Of a stretch of 37,556 nucleotides of DNA, positions 1 to 8,125 are shown in pieces. A program made the position numbers and the translations under genes. The notes under the pieces were generated by a model. It did not search any database. It was not told the DNA's origin and saw only the letters and a program-made list of their open reading frames with translations. Source of the DNA: a bacterium. Its GTDB lineage: Bacteria; Patescibacteriota; Minisyncoccia; Minisyncoccales; GWA2-46-15. Within the stretch, counting starts at the first letter, position 1; every line of letters begins with the position of its first letter. Where the stretch lies: NCBI GenBank assembly GCA_030704795.1, contig JAUYCZ010000021.1, forward strand, positions 1 to 37,556. The letters run 5' to 3'.

Positions 1-1523
1 CGGCTGCCAATTTGGGGCTGGAAACAATTGCCGTTGACGTGGAAGTGCATTTGGCCAACCGCGGTTTGCCCGGTTTTGAAATTGTCGGCCTGCCCGACAA
101 AGCAGTGGACGAGAGCAAAGAAAGAGTGAGGGCGGCGGTGACGAGCTCCGGCATTGAGTTTCCCCCCAAGAAAATCACCGTTAACCTGGCGCCGGCCGAC
201 ATTCCCAAAGAGGGCTCTTGCTATGACTTGCCGATTGCCCTCGGGATATTAAAAAGCGTCTTACAGTTTTCTCTGCCGGAAAAATCTTTGTTTTTCGGCG
301 AGCTGTCGCTCGACGGTTCTTTGCGGCACACCCGAGGAGCTTTTTTGCTGGCGCTCTTTGCCAAGGAAGCCGGCTTTGAAAATTTATTTGTCCCCAAAGA
401 TTCGGCCAACGAAGCCAGCGTTATTAAAGGAATCAAAGTTTATCCCGTCGAGAATCTTTTTCAGCTCGTTTCCCACTTCTTAAACCGGCAGCTGATTACG
501 CCAGCGGTTTACAAAAAGGACGCAGTGGAAGACAAATTTTCGGTTCCGGCCGAATTTGATATGAAAGAAATTTTGGGGCAGGAACAGGCTAAAAGAGCCA
601 TGGAAATTGCCGCCGCCGGCAGTCACAACATCATTTTAATAGGTAGTCCTGGGTCGGGAAAAACCATGCTGGCCCGGGCTTTGCCCGGCATTTTACCCGC
701 TTTAAACGAAGAAGAATCTTTGGAAGTGACAAAACTTTATTCGGCGACCGGCAATATACCGCCCGGCGGTTCCTTAGTCACCAGCCGCCAATTCCGGGCG
801 CCTCACCACACCGCTTCCCAGGTCGGCCTCATCGGCGGCGGCGCCAAACCCCAGCCGGGAGAAATCAGCCTGGCGCATCGGGGCGTCCTTTTTCTGGACG
901 AATTCAACGAATTCCCCCGGTCGGTCATGGAGGCCCTGCGCCAGCCATTGGAGGACGGCTGTCTGACCATCTCAAGAAGCAAAGAAAGAGTGAAGTACCC
1001 GGCCGATTTTATGCTCGTCGCCTCGGCCAATCCCTGCCCCTGCGGTTATTTGGACCATCCGAAGAAAAATTGCCTTTGCTCTCTTCGCCAGATCAGAAAA
1101 TACCAGAAAAGAATTTCCGGACCCATTCTCGACCGAATTGATTTGCACGTGATTGTGCCGCCGGTCGACGTCGAGGAATTCGCGGAAAACCAAAAAGCCT
1201 CGGAATTTTTGGAGTCGTCCTCGACCATTAAAAAACGGGTGGCCTTGGCCCGGAAAAAACAGCAGCAGCGCTTTAAGAGGGAAGTCATTTATACCAATGC
1301 TCAGATGAAAAACAGCCACGTTAAAAAGTACTGTCGTCTGACAAAAGAAGTGGAACAACTTTTAAAACAGGCCGGTCTGAAATTCCAACTGTCGGCCCGC
1401 TCTTACATGAAAATGATCAAAGTCGCCCGCACTATTGCCGATTTGGAAAAAGCCGAAGAGATCACCGTGCCTCATATGGCCGAAGCTTTGCAGTACCGGC
1501 CAAAAATTTACGAAGATGTCTAA
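1..1523 (+). CDS. comM: YifB/ComM Mg-chelatase-like AAA+ ATPase, 5'-truncated by the window edge
   Basis: GLPGFEIVGLPDKAVDESKERVR, NLAPADIPKEG, Walker A GSPGSGKT, GEISLAHRGVLFLDE, NPCPCG, EALQYR. The frame is open back to position 3, so the true start is upstream. Confidence 0.93.
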   Translation, partial: AANLGLETIAVDVEVHLANRGLPGFEIVGLPDKAVDESKERVRAAVTSSGIEFPPKKITVNLAPADIPKEGSCYDLPIALGILKSVLQFSLPEKSLFFGELSLDGSLRHTRGAFLLALFAKEAGFENLFVPKDSANEASVIKGIKVYPVENLFQLVSHFLNRQLITPAVYKKDAVEDKFSVPAEFDMKEILGQEQAKRAMEIAAAGSHNIILIGSPGSGKTMLARALPGILPALNEEESLEVTKLYSATGNIPPGGSLVTSRQFRAPHHTASQVGLIGGGAKPQPGEISLAHRGVLFLDEFNEFPRSVMEALRQPLEDGCLTISRSKERVKYPADFMLVASANPCPCGYLDHPKKNCLCSLRQIRKYQKRISGPILDRIDLHVIVPPVDVEEFAENQKASEFLESSSTIKKRVALARKKQQQRFKREVIYTNAQMKNSHVKKYCRLTKEVEQLLKQAGLKFQLSARSYMKMIKVARTIADLEKAEEITVPHMAEALQYRPKIYEDV

Positions 1524-1911
1524 AACAAATTTAGAGCCTGTGCTTAACCTGGTTAAGCACTTGGAGACGGGCAGGCGGGGGGAGGAGATCGCCAGAGAAT
1601 ACTTAGAGAAAAAAGGATATAAAATAATCGAGCAAAATTACAAAACAAAATACGCGGAGATCGATTTGGTGGCCCGGCAGAAAAACGAATTGGTCTTAGT
1701 GGAAGTGAGGACAAAGACTGGAGAAGATTTTGGCGCGCCGGAAGAAACCATCAACGGGAAGAAAAAAAGAAAACTTCGCGGCAACGCCCTGGCCTACGCC
1801 CGGGCCGCCAAATGGTCGGGCCCTTTGCGGGTTGACGCCGTCTGTATCGTTTTGAAGAAAGATCATTCCGTGGAACGTTTAAACCACTATGAAAATGTCA
1901 TTGAAGATTAG
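1516..1911 (+). CDS. yraN: YraN/UPF0102 family PD-(D/E)xK nuclease-like protein
   Basis: GRRGEEIAREYL..KGY.IIEQNY...AEIDLV...LVLVEVRT motif. ATG at 1516 overlaps the end of comM; the listed start at 1435 is probably too long. Confidence 0.9.
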   Translation: MSKTNLEPVLNLVKHLETGRRGEEIAREYLEKKGYKIIEQNYKTKYAEIDLVARQKNELVLVEVRTKTGEDFGAPEETINGKKKRKLRGNALAYARAAKWSGPLRVDAVCIVLKKDHSVERLNHYENVIED

Positions 1912-1929
1912 CCTCAAATAGGTTATAAT
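1901..1929 (+). promoter_or_regulatory. Putative sigma70 promoter for the 1956 gene
   Basis: TTGAAG (1901-1906), 17 bp spacer, TATAAT (1924-1929). Confidence 0.55.
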
Positions 1930-1955
1930 TAATCATTAACCAACTTAACAAAAAC

Positions 1956-4403
1956 ATGATGGAACAAGCCAATTCAACGAAAACCTGGCAAAAGGTCTCT
2001 AAAACCGCGATTTTCCTGGCCGTCTTTTTAGTGCCATTAATCTTTTTGCCCTTTACCAGCAACGTTCTCGATTTTAACAAACAGACCGTTTTGGTCTTTC
2101 TTGTCCTGGCCTCGCTCTTCTCCTGGCTCTTAAAATCCTTAATCGAAGAAAGGATCACCCTGGAACTGAGCTGGTTTAATCTGGCCCCGGTCATCTTTGT
2201 TTTATTTTCCGCTCTCTCAACCTTTTTCTCGGCTTACAAGTACGCCAGTTTTTGGGGCTGGCCCTTGGTCATTGCCTCCAGTTTCCTGACTACCTTGGCT
2301 TTGGTGCTCCTCTATTTTCTCGTCATCCATCTTTTCAAGCAGCCCGAAGACGTTTTTGGCCTCATTTTTGTTTTGGTCTTTGCCGGGCTTTTGGTTTCCC
2401 TGATTTCTCTGCCCCAGATTTTGGGTAAGTTTCCCTTGCCCTTTGATTTCACCAAGGCCAATTCCTTCAATCCCATTGGCACGGTCAATTCCTTGGCCAT
2501 TTTTCTGGCCAGTCTTTTGCCCCTGGCCGCCAGCCTCATCTTTATTTCCCGTTCGAGAATGATCAAATTCCTGGTCTGGTTTTTTATCATCCTCTCCCTG
2601 TTCTTGCTTTTGGCTATTAATTTCCAGACGGCCTGGCTGGTGCTGCTGGTGGGCTCGTCTTTGATTCTCGTCTTCGGCATCTCGAGACGGGAAATCTTTA
2701 ACTTGAGCTGGCTGTTCTTGCCCATGCTCCTTTTGGCGGTGGCCTTGTTTGCTTTGGTCATGAGGGCTTCGATCATTCCCACGGCGGATCTGCCGGCCGA
2801 GGTTTCGCCAACTTTAGGCACGAGCTTTAATATCGCTTTCAGCGCGATCAAAGATTTCCGGCCGCCTTTTTCCTGGTTCTTTGGTTCTGGTCCTGGCACT
2901 TTTGTCTATGACTATGCCAAGTACAAGCCCCTGGAGATTAACCAGACGGTTTTCTGGGGAACGAGATTTGGCTCCGGCTCTTCGGAGGTGGTAGATCGCC
3001 TCGCCACCACCGGCATCTTCGGCTTTCTTTCCTTCCTGAGCGTCATCCTCACGGGTTGGATTTTGGGCTTGAGATCGATTGTCTCCCGGGAATTCAGAAA
3101 AGAGAATTTCGCCTGGATTCTGCTCATCGGCATTTTCAGCAGCTTTGCCGGACTGACCCTGGGCCTCTTCTTTTATTCGGCCAATCTGTCATCAATGTTT
3201 TTGCTCTTTTTGTTGCTGGCGGCCATCTTCAGTTTGGTGGGCGCCAAAAGCCGGAGCTTTGACCTAAAGCCCGCCGAGCCGGTGGAAGGCAAAAAGTCCA
3301 GAATGAACGCGCCTTTTGTCACCGTGGGCGTTTCCTTTGCCTTCATTGTTGTTCTCATCGCCTCCATGGGCATTTTCTTTGTCCAGGGACAAAGATACTT
3401 TGCCGAAATCAATTATCTGCAGGCCCTGCGGGCCGTGCAAAAGGGGAACAATACCGCCGCCGTCAATCACCTGGCCTCGGCTATCCGTTTGACCAATTCG
3501 TCCCAGGACAATTACTGGCGTGACTTGTCTCAGGTTTATCTTTTTCGCATCAACGAAGAGGCGGCCAAACCGGACCTGACCCAGGAAGAAAGATCTAAGA
3601 GGGTCTCAGACCTCATTACTCTTTTGGTGGCTTCGGCCAAATCCTCTTCTGACGCCTCGCCCCAGAACGTGGCCAACTGGAGCATCCGCGGCTACGTTTA
3701 CAGCCAGCTTTTAAATCTCATTAACGGTGCGGACAATTGGGCCGTCAGCGCTTACGAAGAATCCCTGAAGCTCGAGCCGGCCAACCCTTTCACTTACACC
3801 GCCCTGGGCCAGGTCTATGCCAACCGGGCTGACAACCTGGCGTCGGACAAGGAGAAAGTTGCCGAAAGGCAACAGGCCCTGGATCAGGCCCGAACTCAAT
3901 TCCAAAAAGCCAAGGACCTAAAATCAGATTATGCGCCCGCGCGCTTCCAATTGGCAATGATTGACATCCGCGAAAACAAAGTTAAAGACGCCATTACTAA
4001 ACTGGAAGAGACTAAAGTCATTGCGCCGTTTGACACCGGCCTGGCTTTTCAGCTGGGGTTGATCTATCAGGCCGATAACCAGAAAGGCAAAGCTCAAACC
4101 GAGTTCGAAAGAGCCGTCGCCTTGGATACCAATTACGCTAATGCCCGCTATTTCCTCGGCCTCTTGTATGACCAGGCCAACGAAAAACAGAAAGCCATTG
4201 ACCAGTTTGAGAAGATCGTTCAGCTCAATCCGGACAACGAATTGGTCAAAAAGATTTTGGAGAATTTGCGCGCCTCAAAGCCGGCCCTGGAAGGATTGAC
4301 CCAGGCCCAACCCCAGCCGCCCATTCAGGAAACACCCAAAGAACAGCTTCAGCCTCAACAACCCACAACTTCGCCCAAACCCTCGGTTCTCCCCAAGAAG
4401 TAG
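1956..4403 (+). CDS. Polytopic membrane protein, O-antigen ligase (Wzy_C)-like, with C-terminal TPR repeats
   Basis: About 12 hydrophobic segments, FFGSGPGTF loop motif, C-terminal TPR-like units (AYEESLKLEPANP, ARYFLGLLYDQ) and a Pro/Gln-rich tail. Confidence 0.75.
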   Translation: MMEQANSTKTWQKVSKTAIFLAVFLVPLIFLPFTSNVLDFNKQTVLVFLVLASLFSWLLKSLIEERITLELSWFNLAPVIFVLFSALSTFFSAYKYASFWGWPLVIASSFLTTLALVLLYFLVIHLFKQPEDVFGLIFVLVFAGLLVSLISLPQILGKFPLPFDFTKANSFNPIGTVNSLAIFLASLLPLAASLIFISRSRMIKFLVWFFIILSLFLLLAINFQTAWLVLLVGSSLILVFGISRREIFNLSWLFLPMLLLAVALFALVMRASIIPTADLPAEVSPTLGTSFNIAFSAIKDFRPPFSWFFGSGPGTFVYDYAKYKPLEINQTVFWGTRFGSGSSEVVDRLATTGIFGFLSFLSVILTGWILGLRSIVSREFRKENFAWILLIGIFSSFAGLTLGLFFYSANLSSMFLLFLLLAAIFSLVGAKSRSFDLKPAEPVEGKKSRMNAPFVTVGVSFAFIVVLIASMGIFFVQGQRYFAEINYLQALRAVQKGNNTAAVNHLASAIRLTNSSQDNYWRDLSQVYLFRINEEAAKPDLTQEERSKRVSDLITLLVASAKSSSDASPQNVANWSIRGYVYSQLLNLINGADNWAVSAYEESLKLEPANPFTYTALGQVYANRADNLASDKEKVAERQQALDQARTQFQKAKDLKSDYAPARFQLAMIDIRENKVKDAITKLEETKVIAPFDTGLAFQLGLIYQADNQKGKAQTEFERAVALDTNYANARYFLGLLYDQANEKQKAIDQFEKIVQLNPDNELVKKILENLRASKPALEGLTQAQPQPPIQETPKEQLQPQQPTTSPKPSVLPKK

Positions 4404-4416
4404 TTGATCTTCAACT

Positions 4417-6630
4417 ATGGAATTAAAATTGAGCCGTCTTTTGTACTACGGTTTTGCGGTGCTCGTTTTTCTCGTGCCGCTTTTCTGGCTGCCTTTTTCC
4501 TTTGAAGCCTGGGAATTCCAGAAGATCTTTTTAATTTTCTTTCTGGGTCTGGCCATCGTAATTATTTCAGCCATCGAGAGCCGCCGGGAAAACCCCGGAG
4601 GTTTTTCCTTCAAGATCCTCTGGCCGTTTGATTTCCTGGTCCTGATCTTCCTGGCCTTGGCTTTGGTTTCGGCTTTTTTCTCGGTCGATAGAATCGCCAG
4701 CCTCTTTGGGTTTTACGGCCGTTTCTCCGACGGCCTGGTCGGCCTCTTAAGTTTCATCCTGGTTTATCTTTTGGCCCGGCGGCAAAAGAACACAGATCAG
4801 TTGGTCAAGATTCTGCTGGCCTCAGGCCTGATTGTGGTCGGGTTGGCTTTCTTATCTTTGACCGGGATACTTGGTCGCTTGACTGGTTTCAACGCCACTT
4901 TAAAACAACTCAACTTTAATCCGGTTTCTCCGTCTTTTGAGGGCCTGACTTTGTTTTTGGTGCCCCTGGTTTTTTTGGCTTTCGGCTTCCTCAAAGAGAA
5001 AACCAAATTTATCTTTCTGGTTTTTTCTTTGGGCCTGATCTTTTTAGTTGATTACACTCCGGCCTGGGTGGTTTTGGGGCTGACCTCTCTTCTGGCTTTA
5101 ATTTTCCTTTTCTTAAAGAGCTTTAATGACAAGGAGGGGAACTTTCTCAGGAAAAACCTGGCGCTGGCCTTATTTTTAGTATTGGCGACTTTGGGCATCA
5201 GTTTTAATCTGAATCAAGTTGTGCCGCCGGCTTTGGTCGGCTTTCCCCGCGAAGTGACTCTGGATCAAACCACCAGCTGGCAGATCGCCCAGGATTCTTT
5301 AAAGATCAGACCTTTCTTGGGGTCCGGCCCCGGCACCTTTTTTTATGATTTTTCCCGCTTTCGTCTCGCCAGTTTCAACGACGATCCTTTATGGCAAGTA
5401 AGGTTTGACCGGCCCGTTAGCCATGTGGCAGAGATGGCCGCCACGATGGGAATACTTGGCTTGCTTTCATATTTATTGCTGATCGCGACAACAATAGTGT
5501 CTAATTTTCAATTTTCTCCCGCCTTAGGCGGGATTCAATCAAATCCCTACAAACGATTGTTACTATTCGCTTTTTTGGCGACGGTGATTGGTCAGTTCGT
5601 TTATTACCAGAACGCGGTTTTGGGATTTAGTTTTTGGCTGTTCTTGGGACTGATCGCCGGTCAGACAGGCCAAGCCAAAAGCTTATCTCTGCCCTGGCTT
5701 TCTCGGTTTAAATTGCCCAGCCCGGACAGTCTGAAGGGAAGAGTTATTTTAATGGGTTCTTTTTTGATTTTTAGTCTGGTTTTGTTTTCAATCGTCTTTG
5801 TCGGCTTTCGGGTTTATGTGGCCGATTTCTTTTACAGCCAGGCTTTTCAGTCGCCCCCGGGCGATGAGAAAAGCGCTCTCTTACAGAAAGCGGTGGTCGT
5901 CAATCCTTTCTTTGCCGAATACCAGATTATTCTAGGCCGCGCCTTATTGAATTCGGCTTTGACTGATGGGCAAAAGCCCGAGCGCAACCTAACCAAGATT
6001 TTTCAGGATTTGAGCGAGGCGGCGGCCGTGGCCAAGAAGGCCACCCAACTTTCGCCCCGGTGGGTGGCCGGCTGGGAAACCCTAGGCATGATTTACCAGG
6101 AAATTCAAGGCCTGGCGACGGGCGCCGAAAAAGCCAGCCAGCAGTCTTTTGAAAAAGCGATTGAATTAGAGCCGACCAATCCCTTGCTTTATTCCCGGCT
6201 GGGAAAAGCCTTTTTCGCCCAAGATAAGTTTGACGAGGCCCAGACGCAATTTGAAAAAGCCCGTCGCCTTAAATCCGACTTGCTCGAGCCGAAACTTTAT
6301 CTGGCTTTGATTAAGGAAAAGAAAGGGGATCTGCCCGGCGCCACCCGGGGGATGGCGCATCTGCAAGAGCTCTATCCTTTGAATGCCGATACCGCTTTTC
6401 AGCTCGGCCGGCTCTACTTTAACCAGAATCAGAACGACCCGGCTATCCAGCAGTTTAAAAAGGTTTTGACCCTCAATCCTTCTCATCTCGACAGCCTTTA
6501 TTCTTTGGCCCTGGCTTTTGAAAAAAAAGGCCAGAAAACCCAGGCTCTTTCCTATCTCAAACAGGCTCTTGAGATTAGTCCGGCTAACCCAACGCTGAAA
6601 GAAAAACTAAAAGAGCTACAGGAGCAGTAG
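4417..6630 (+). CDS. Paralogous O-antigen-ligase-like membrane protein with TPR repeats
   Basis: Same architecture as the upstream gene: PFLGSGPGTFFYDF, AFQLGRLYF, FEKAIELEPTNP. Confidence 0.75.
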   Translation: MELKLSRLLYYGFAVLVFLVPLFWLPFSFEAWEFQKIFLIFFLGLAIVIISAIESRRENPGGFSFKILWPFDFLVLIFLALALVSAFFSVDRIASLFGFYGRFSDGLVGLLSFILVYLLARRQKNTDQLVKILLASGLIVVGLAFLSLTGILGRLTGFNATLKQLNFNPVSPSFEGLTLFLVPLVFLAFGFLKEKTKFIFLVFSLGLIFLVDYTPAWVVLGLTSLLALIFLFLKSFNDKEGNFLRKNLALALFLVLATLGISFNLNQVVPPALVGFPREVTLDQTTSWQIAQDSLKIRPFLGSGPGTFFYDFSRFRLASFNDDPLWQVRFDRPVSHVAEMAATMGILGLLSYLLLIATTIVSNFQFSPALGGIQSNPYKRLLLFAFLATVIGQFVYYQNAVLGFSFWLFLGLIAGQTGQAKSLSLPWLSRFKLPSPDSLKGRVILMGSFLIFSLVLFSIVFVGFRVYVADFFYSQAFQSPPGDEKSALLQKAVVVNPFFAEYQIILGRALLNSALTDGQKPERNLTKIFQDLSEAAAVAKKATQLSPRWVAGWETLGMIYQEIQGLATGAEKASQQSFEKAIELEPTNPLLYSRLGKAFFAQDKFDEAQTQFEKARRLKSDLLEPKLYLALIKEKKGDLPGATRGMAHLQELYPLNADTAFQLGRLYFNQNQNDPAIQQFKKVLTLNPSHLDSLYSLALAFEKKGQKTQALSYLKQALEISPANPTLKEKLKELQEQ
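5503..5544. repeat. Palindrome nested in an AATTTTC repeat inside a CDS
   Basis: AATTTTC AATTTTC [TCCCGCCT-T-AGGCGGGA, 5517-5533] TTC AATCAAAT. Confidence 0.7.
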
Positions 6631-6651
6631 AAGTAGTTTAGATTTTTCTCT

Positions 6652-6709
6652 TTGACAAATATCATAAAAGATGTTATAGCGAGTACGATATATCGCTTCG
6701 CGCTATAAT
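6652..6709 (+). promoter_or_regulatory. Sigma70 promoter whose -10 box is interrupted by palindromic element A
   Basis: TTGACA 6652-6657, 17 bp spacer, then TATA[element]AT. Confidence 0.55.
6674..6708. repeat. Two-hairpin palindromic element, copy A
   Basis: TTATAG CG-AGTA-CG ATATAT CGC-TTC-GCG CTATAA. The first 22 nt are identical to copy D (19398-19419). Confidence 0.9.
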
Positions 6710-6750
6710 TTAGCATTGGAATGAAGACAGATCAAATCTAGGAGGACAGT

Positions 6751-7212
6751 ATGAATATCTGGTTCTTTCTCATCTTGCTTCTGCCCGTGGCAGGAGCTCT
6801 CGCTCTGCGATTCTGTTTGGAGCAAGCCATTAGGCGAGCCAGGGACACGACGCCGGACTGGGGGCAAGCACTGATCTGGGCGGGCAGCGGCTTGATGACG
6901 CTGTTCTTCCTGATTCTCGTGTCTCTTCTGGGCATGTGGTTCCTGAAGGCGGGAGTCATCGGCGCTGGACTGGCGCTGGTGGCGACAGTCTTTGGGCTAG
7001 TTTCGCCCGAACTCTGGACGGCGACGGCGGCCTGGCTGCGCGATCCCCGCCACCTGCCCTGGTTGGTCGTTCCCTTCGTTCTCGTTGGCCTGGTGATTTT
7101 CTTCCTGACCAACGGGAGCCTGGCGATCACCCTGATCTCCGAACTGCTCGTTCTGCTCGTGATCGGCTTGGGCATCGGCCTGATGTTCAGACCGTTCCGC
7201 CGGCGGAAGTAA
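6751..7212 (+). CDS. Hypothetical multi-TM membrane protein, GC-rich, probably horizontally acquired
   Basis: 153 aa, nearly all hydrophobic, with a basic tail. AGGAGG SD at about 6740. Visibly higher GC than the flanks. Confidence 0.7.
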   Translation: MNIWFFLILLLPVAGALALRFCLEQAIRRARDTTPDWGQALIWAGSGLMTLFFLILVSLLGMWFLKAGVIGAGLALVATVFGLVSPELWTATAAWLRDPRHLPWLVVPFVLVGLVIFFLTNGSLAITLISELLVLLVIGLGIGLMFRPFRRRK

Positions 7213-7230
7213 GACAGAATCGCAAAGCCA

Positions 7231-7269
7231 AAAGACGGGTTTCTACGAAGAAACCCGCCTTTGCTTTTT
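7231..7269 (+). terminator. Intrinsic terminator
   Basis: CGGGTTTCT-acga-AGAAACCCG stem followed by ccTTTGCTTTTT. Confidence 0.75.
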
Positions 7270-7289
7270 ACAAACTCTCAGGTCGGAGT

Positions 7290-7318
7290 TTGACAGAGTA
7301 TCAATAGGAAGATATTAT
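7290..7318 (+). promoter_or_regulatory. Putative sigma70 promoter for the 7368/7595 ORFs
   Basis: TTGACA 7290-7295, 17 bp spacer, TATTAT 7313-7318. Confidence 0.6.
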
Positions 7319-7320
7319 AA

Positions 7321-7368
7321 TTATAGCGAGCGGGACGCCGCTCGATATATCGAATCCTATTCGCTATA
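7321..7368. repeat. Two-hairpin palindromic element, copy B
   Basis: TTATAG CGAGCGG-GACG-CCGCTCG ATATAT CGAAT-CCT-ATTCG CTATA. The last A is the A of the ATG at 7368. Confidence 0.9.
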
Positions 7369-7586
7369 TGATCAAGGATTTAAGCGAATTAGTTGGATAC
7401 CTGGACCAGAAGTTTCAGGAAACGGCCAAAAAAGAAGATTTATTAAAACTCGCCCGGCGGGAAGAATTCGACGTTCCCAAAAGAGAGATTCGCGAAGATC
7501 TACGCGACCTAAAGGAAAAAGTTCAAGCGTTGACGGCTTCTGTTGATCGACTCGTTCAAGCCGTAAATAATATCAAAACCAGATAG
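7368..7586 (+). CDS. Small coiled-coil hypothetical protein, possibly C-terminally truncated
   Basis: 72 aa with a heptad pattern and an AKKEDL motif related to the next ORF. Confidence 0.6.
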   Translation: MIKDLSELVGYLDQKFQETAKKEDLLKLARREEFDVPKREIREDLRDLKEKVQALTASVDRLVQAVNNIKTR

Positions 7587-7594
7587 CGATAGCG

Positions 7595-7849
7595 ATGACG
7601 ATGAATCTTACTCCAGAAGACATCCAAAAATTGATTGAGGTTTTTGCGACTAAAGATGATTTGAAGGAAGCCACAAAAGATCTTGCTACTAAGAGCGATT
7701 TTAATGAATTAATGACCGCCATTGACGCTTATGCCAAGAAAGCAGATACTTATTTCCAGGAGATGGTGATGTTGTCGCGCAAAGTGGACCGTCATGAAAA
7801 ATGGCTTTTGCAACTGGCGGAAAAACTCGGCATCAAACTCGAATATTGA
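7595..7849 (+). CDS. Small coiled-coil hypothetical protein (ATKDDL/ATKSDF repeats); start may be 7601
   Basis: 84 aa: ATKDDLKE..ATKSDF...RHEKWLLQLAEKLGIKLEY. Confidence 0.7.
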   Translation: MTMNLTPEDIQKLIEVFATKDDLKEATKDLATKSDFNELMTAIDAYAKKADTYFQEMVMLSRKVDRHEKWLLQLAEKLGIKLEY

Positions 7850-7904
7850 AGGCGGCTTGACAACAATTGTCAAAACGTTTTATTATTATTCTAGACTTAC
7901 CCAC

Positions 7905-7933
7905 TAGACATTTTCTGGGTTCTTTGCTATACT
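7905..7933 (+). promoter_or_regulatory. Putative rpoBC promoter
   Basis: TAGACA 7905-7910, 17 bp spacer, TGc-TATACT 7928-7933. A second candidate is TTGACA 7857 with TATTAT 7881 (18 bp spacer). Confidence 0.55.
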
Positions 7934-8125
7934 TAGCCCATCGCCAATTTAAATAATTTTTAAGTTAACTTGAAGCCCATTAGGCTTACTTAAAGACTTA
8001 AACCATTCTAACCCCAAGCTTTTCGGGGATTTTTTAGCTTCAAGAACCTTGCTTCGCAAGAACTTAATTTCGTCAGAAAAAAACTTGTTTATTCTCGCTA
8101 ACGCTCGAATTAGCTTTGCTCGAAA

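Noticed and set aside
1435-1515. Longer starts listed for yraN (1435), recA (17291) and groES (33340)
   Set aside because: They overlap upstream genes or the CIRCE site; downstream ATGs match the family N-termini better.
6674-7368. Elements A and B as classical integron attC sites
   Set aside because: No RYYYAAC/GTTRRRY cores, shorter than typical attC sites, and no integron integrase in the window. Only the structural analogy is kept.
7368-7849. Toxin-antitoxin pair or DGR target/template pair
   Set aside because: No toxin motifs, no reverse transcriptase, and no near-identical repeat pair differing only at adenines was seen.
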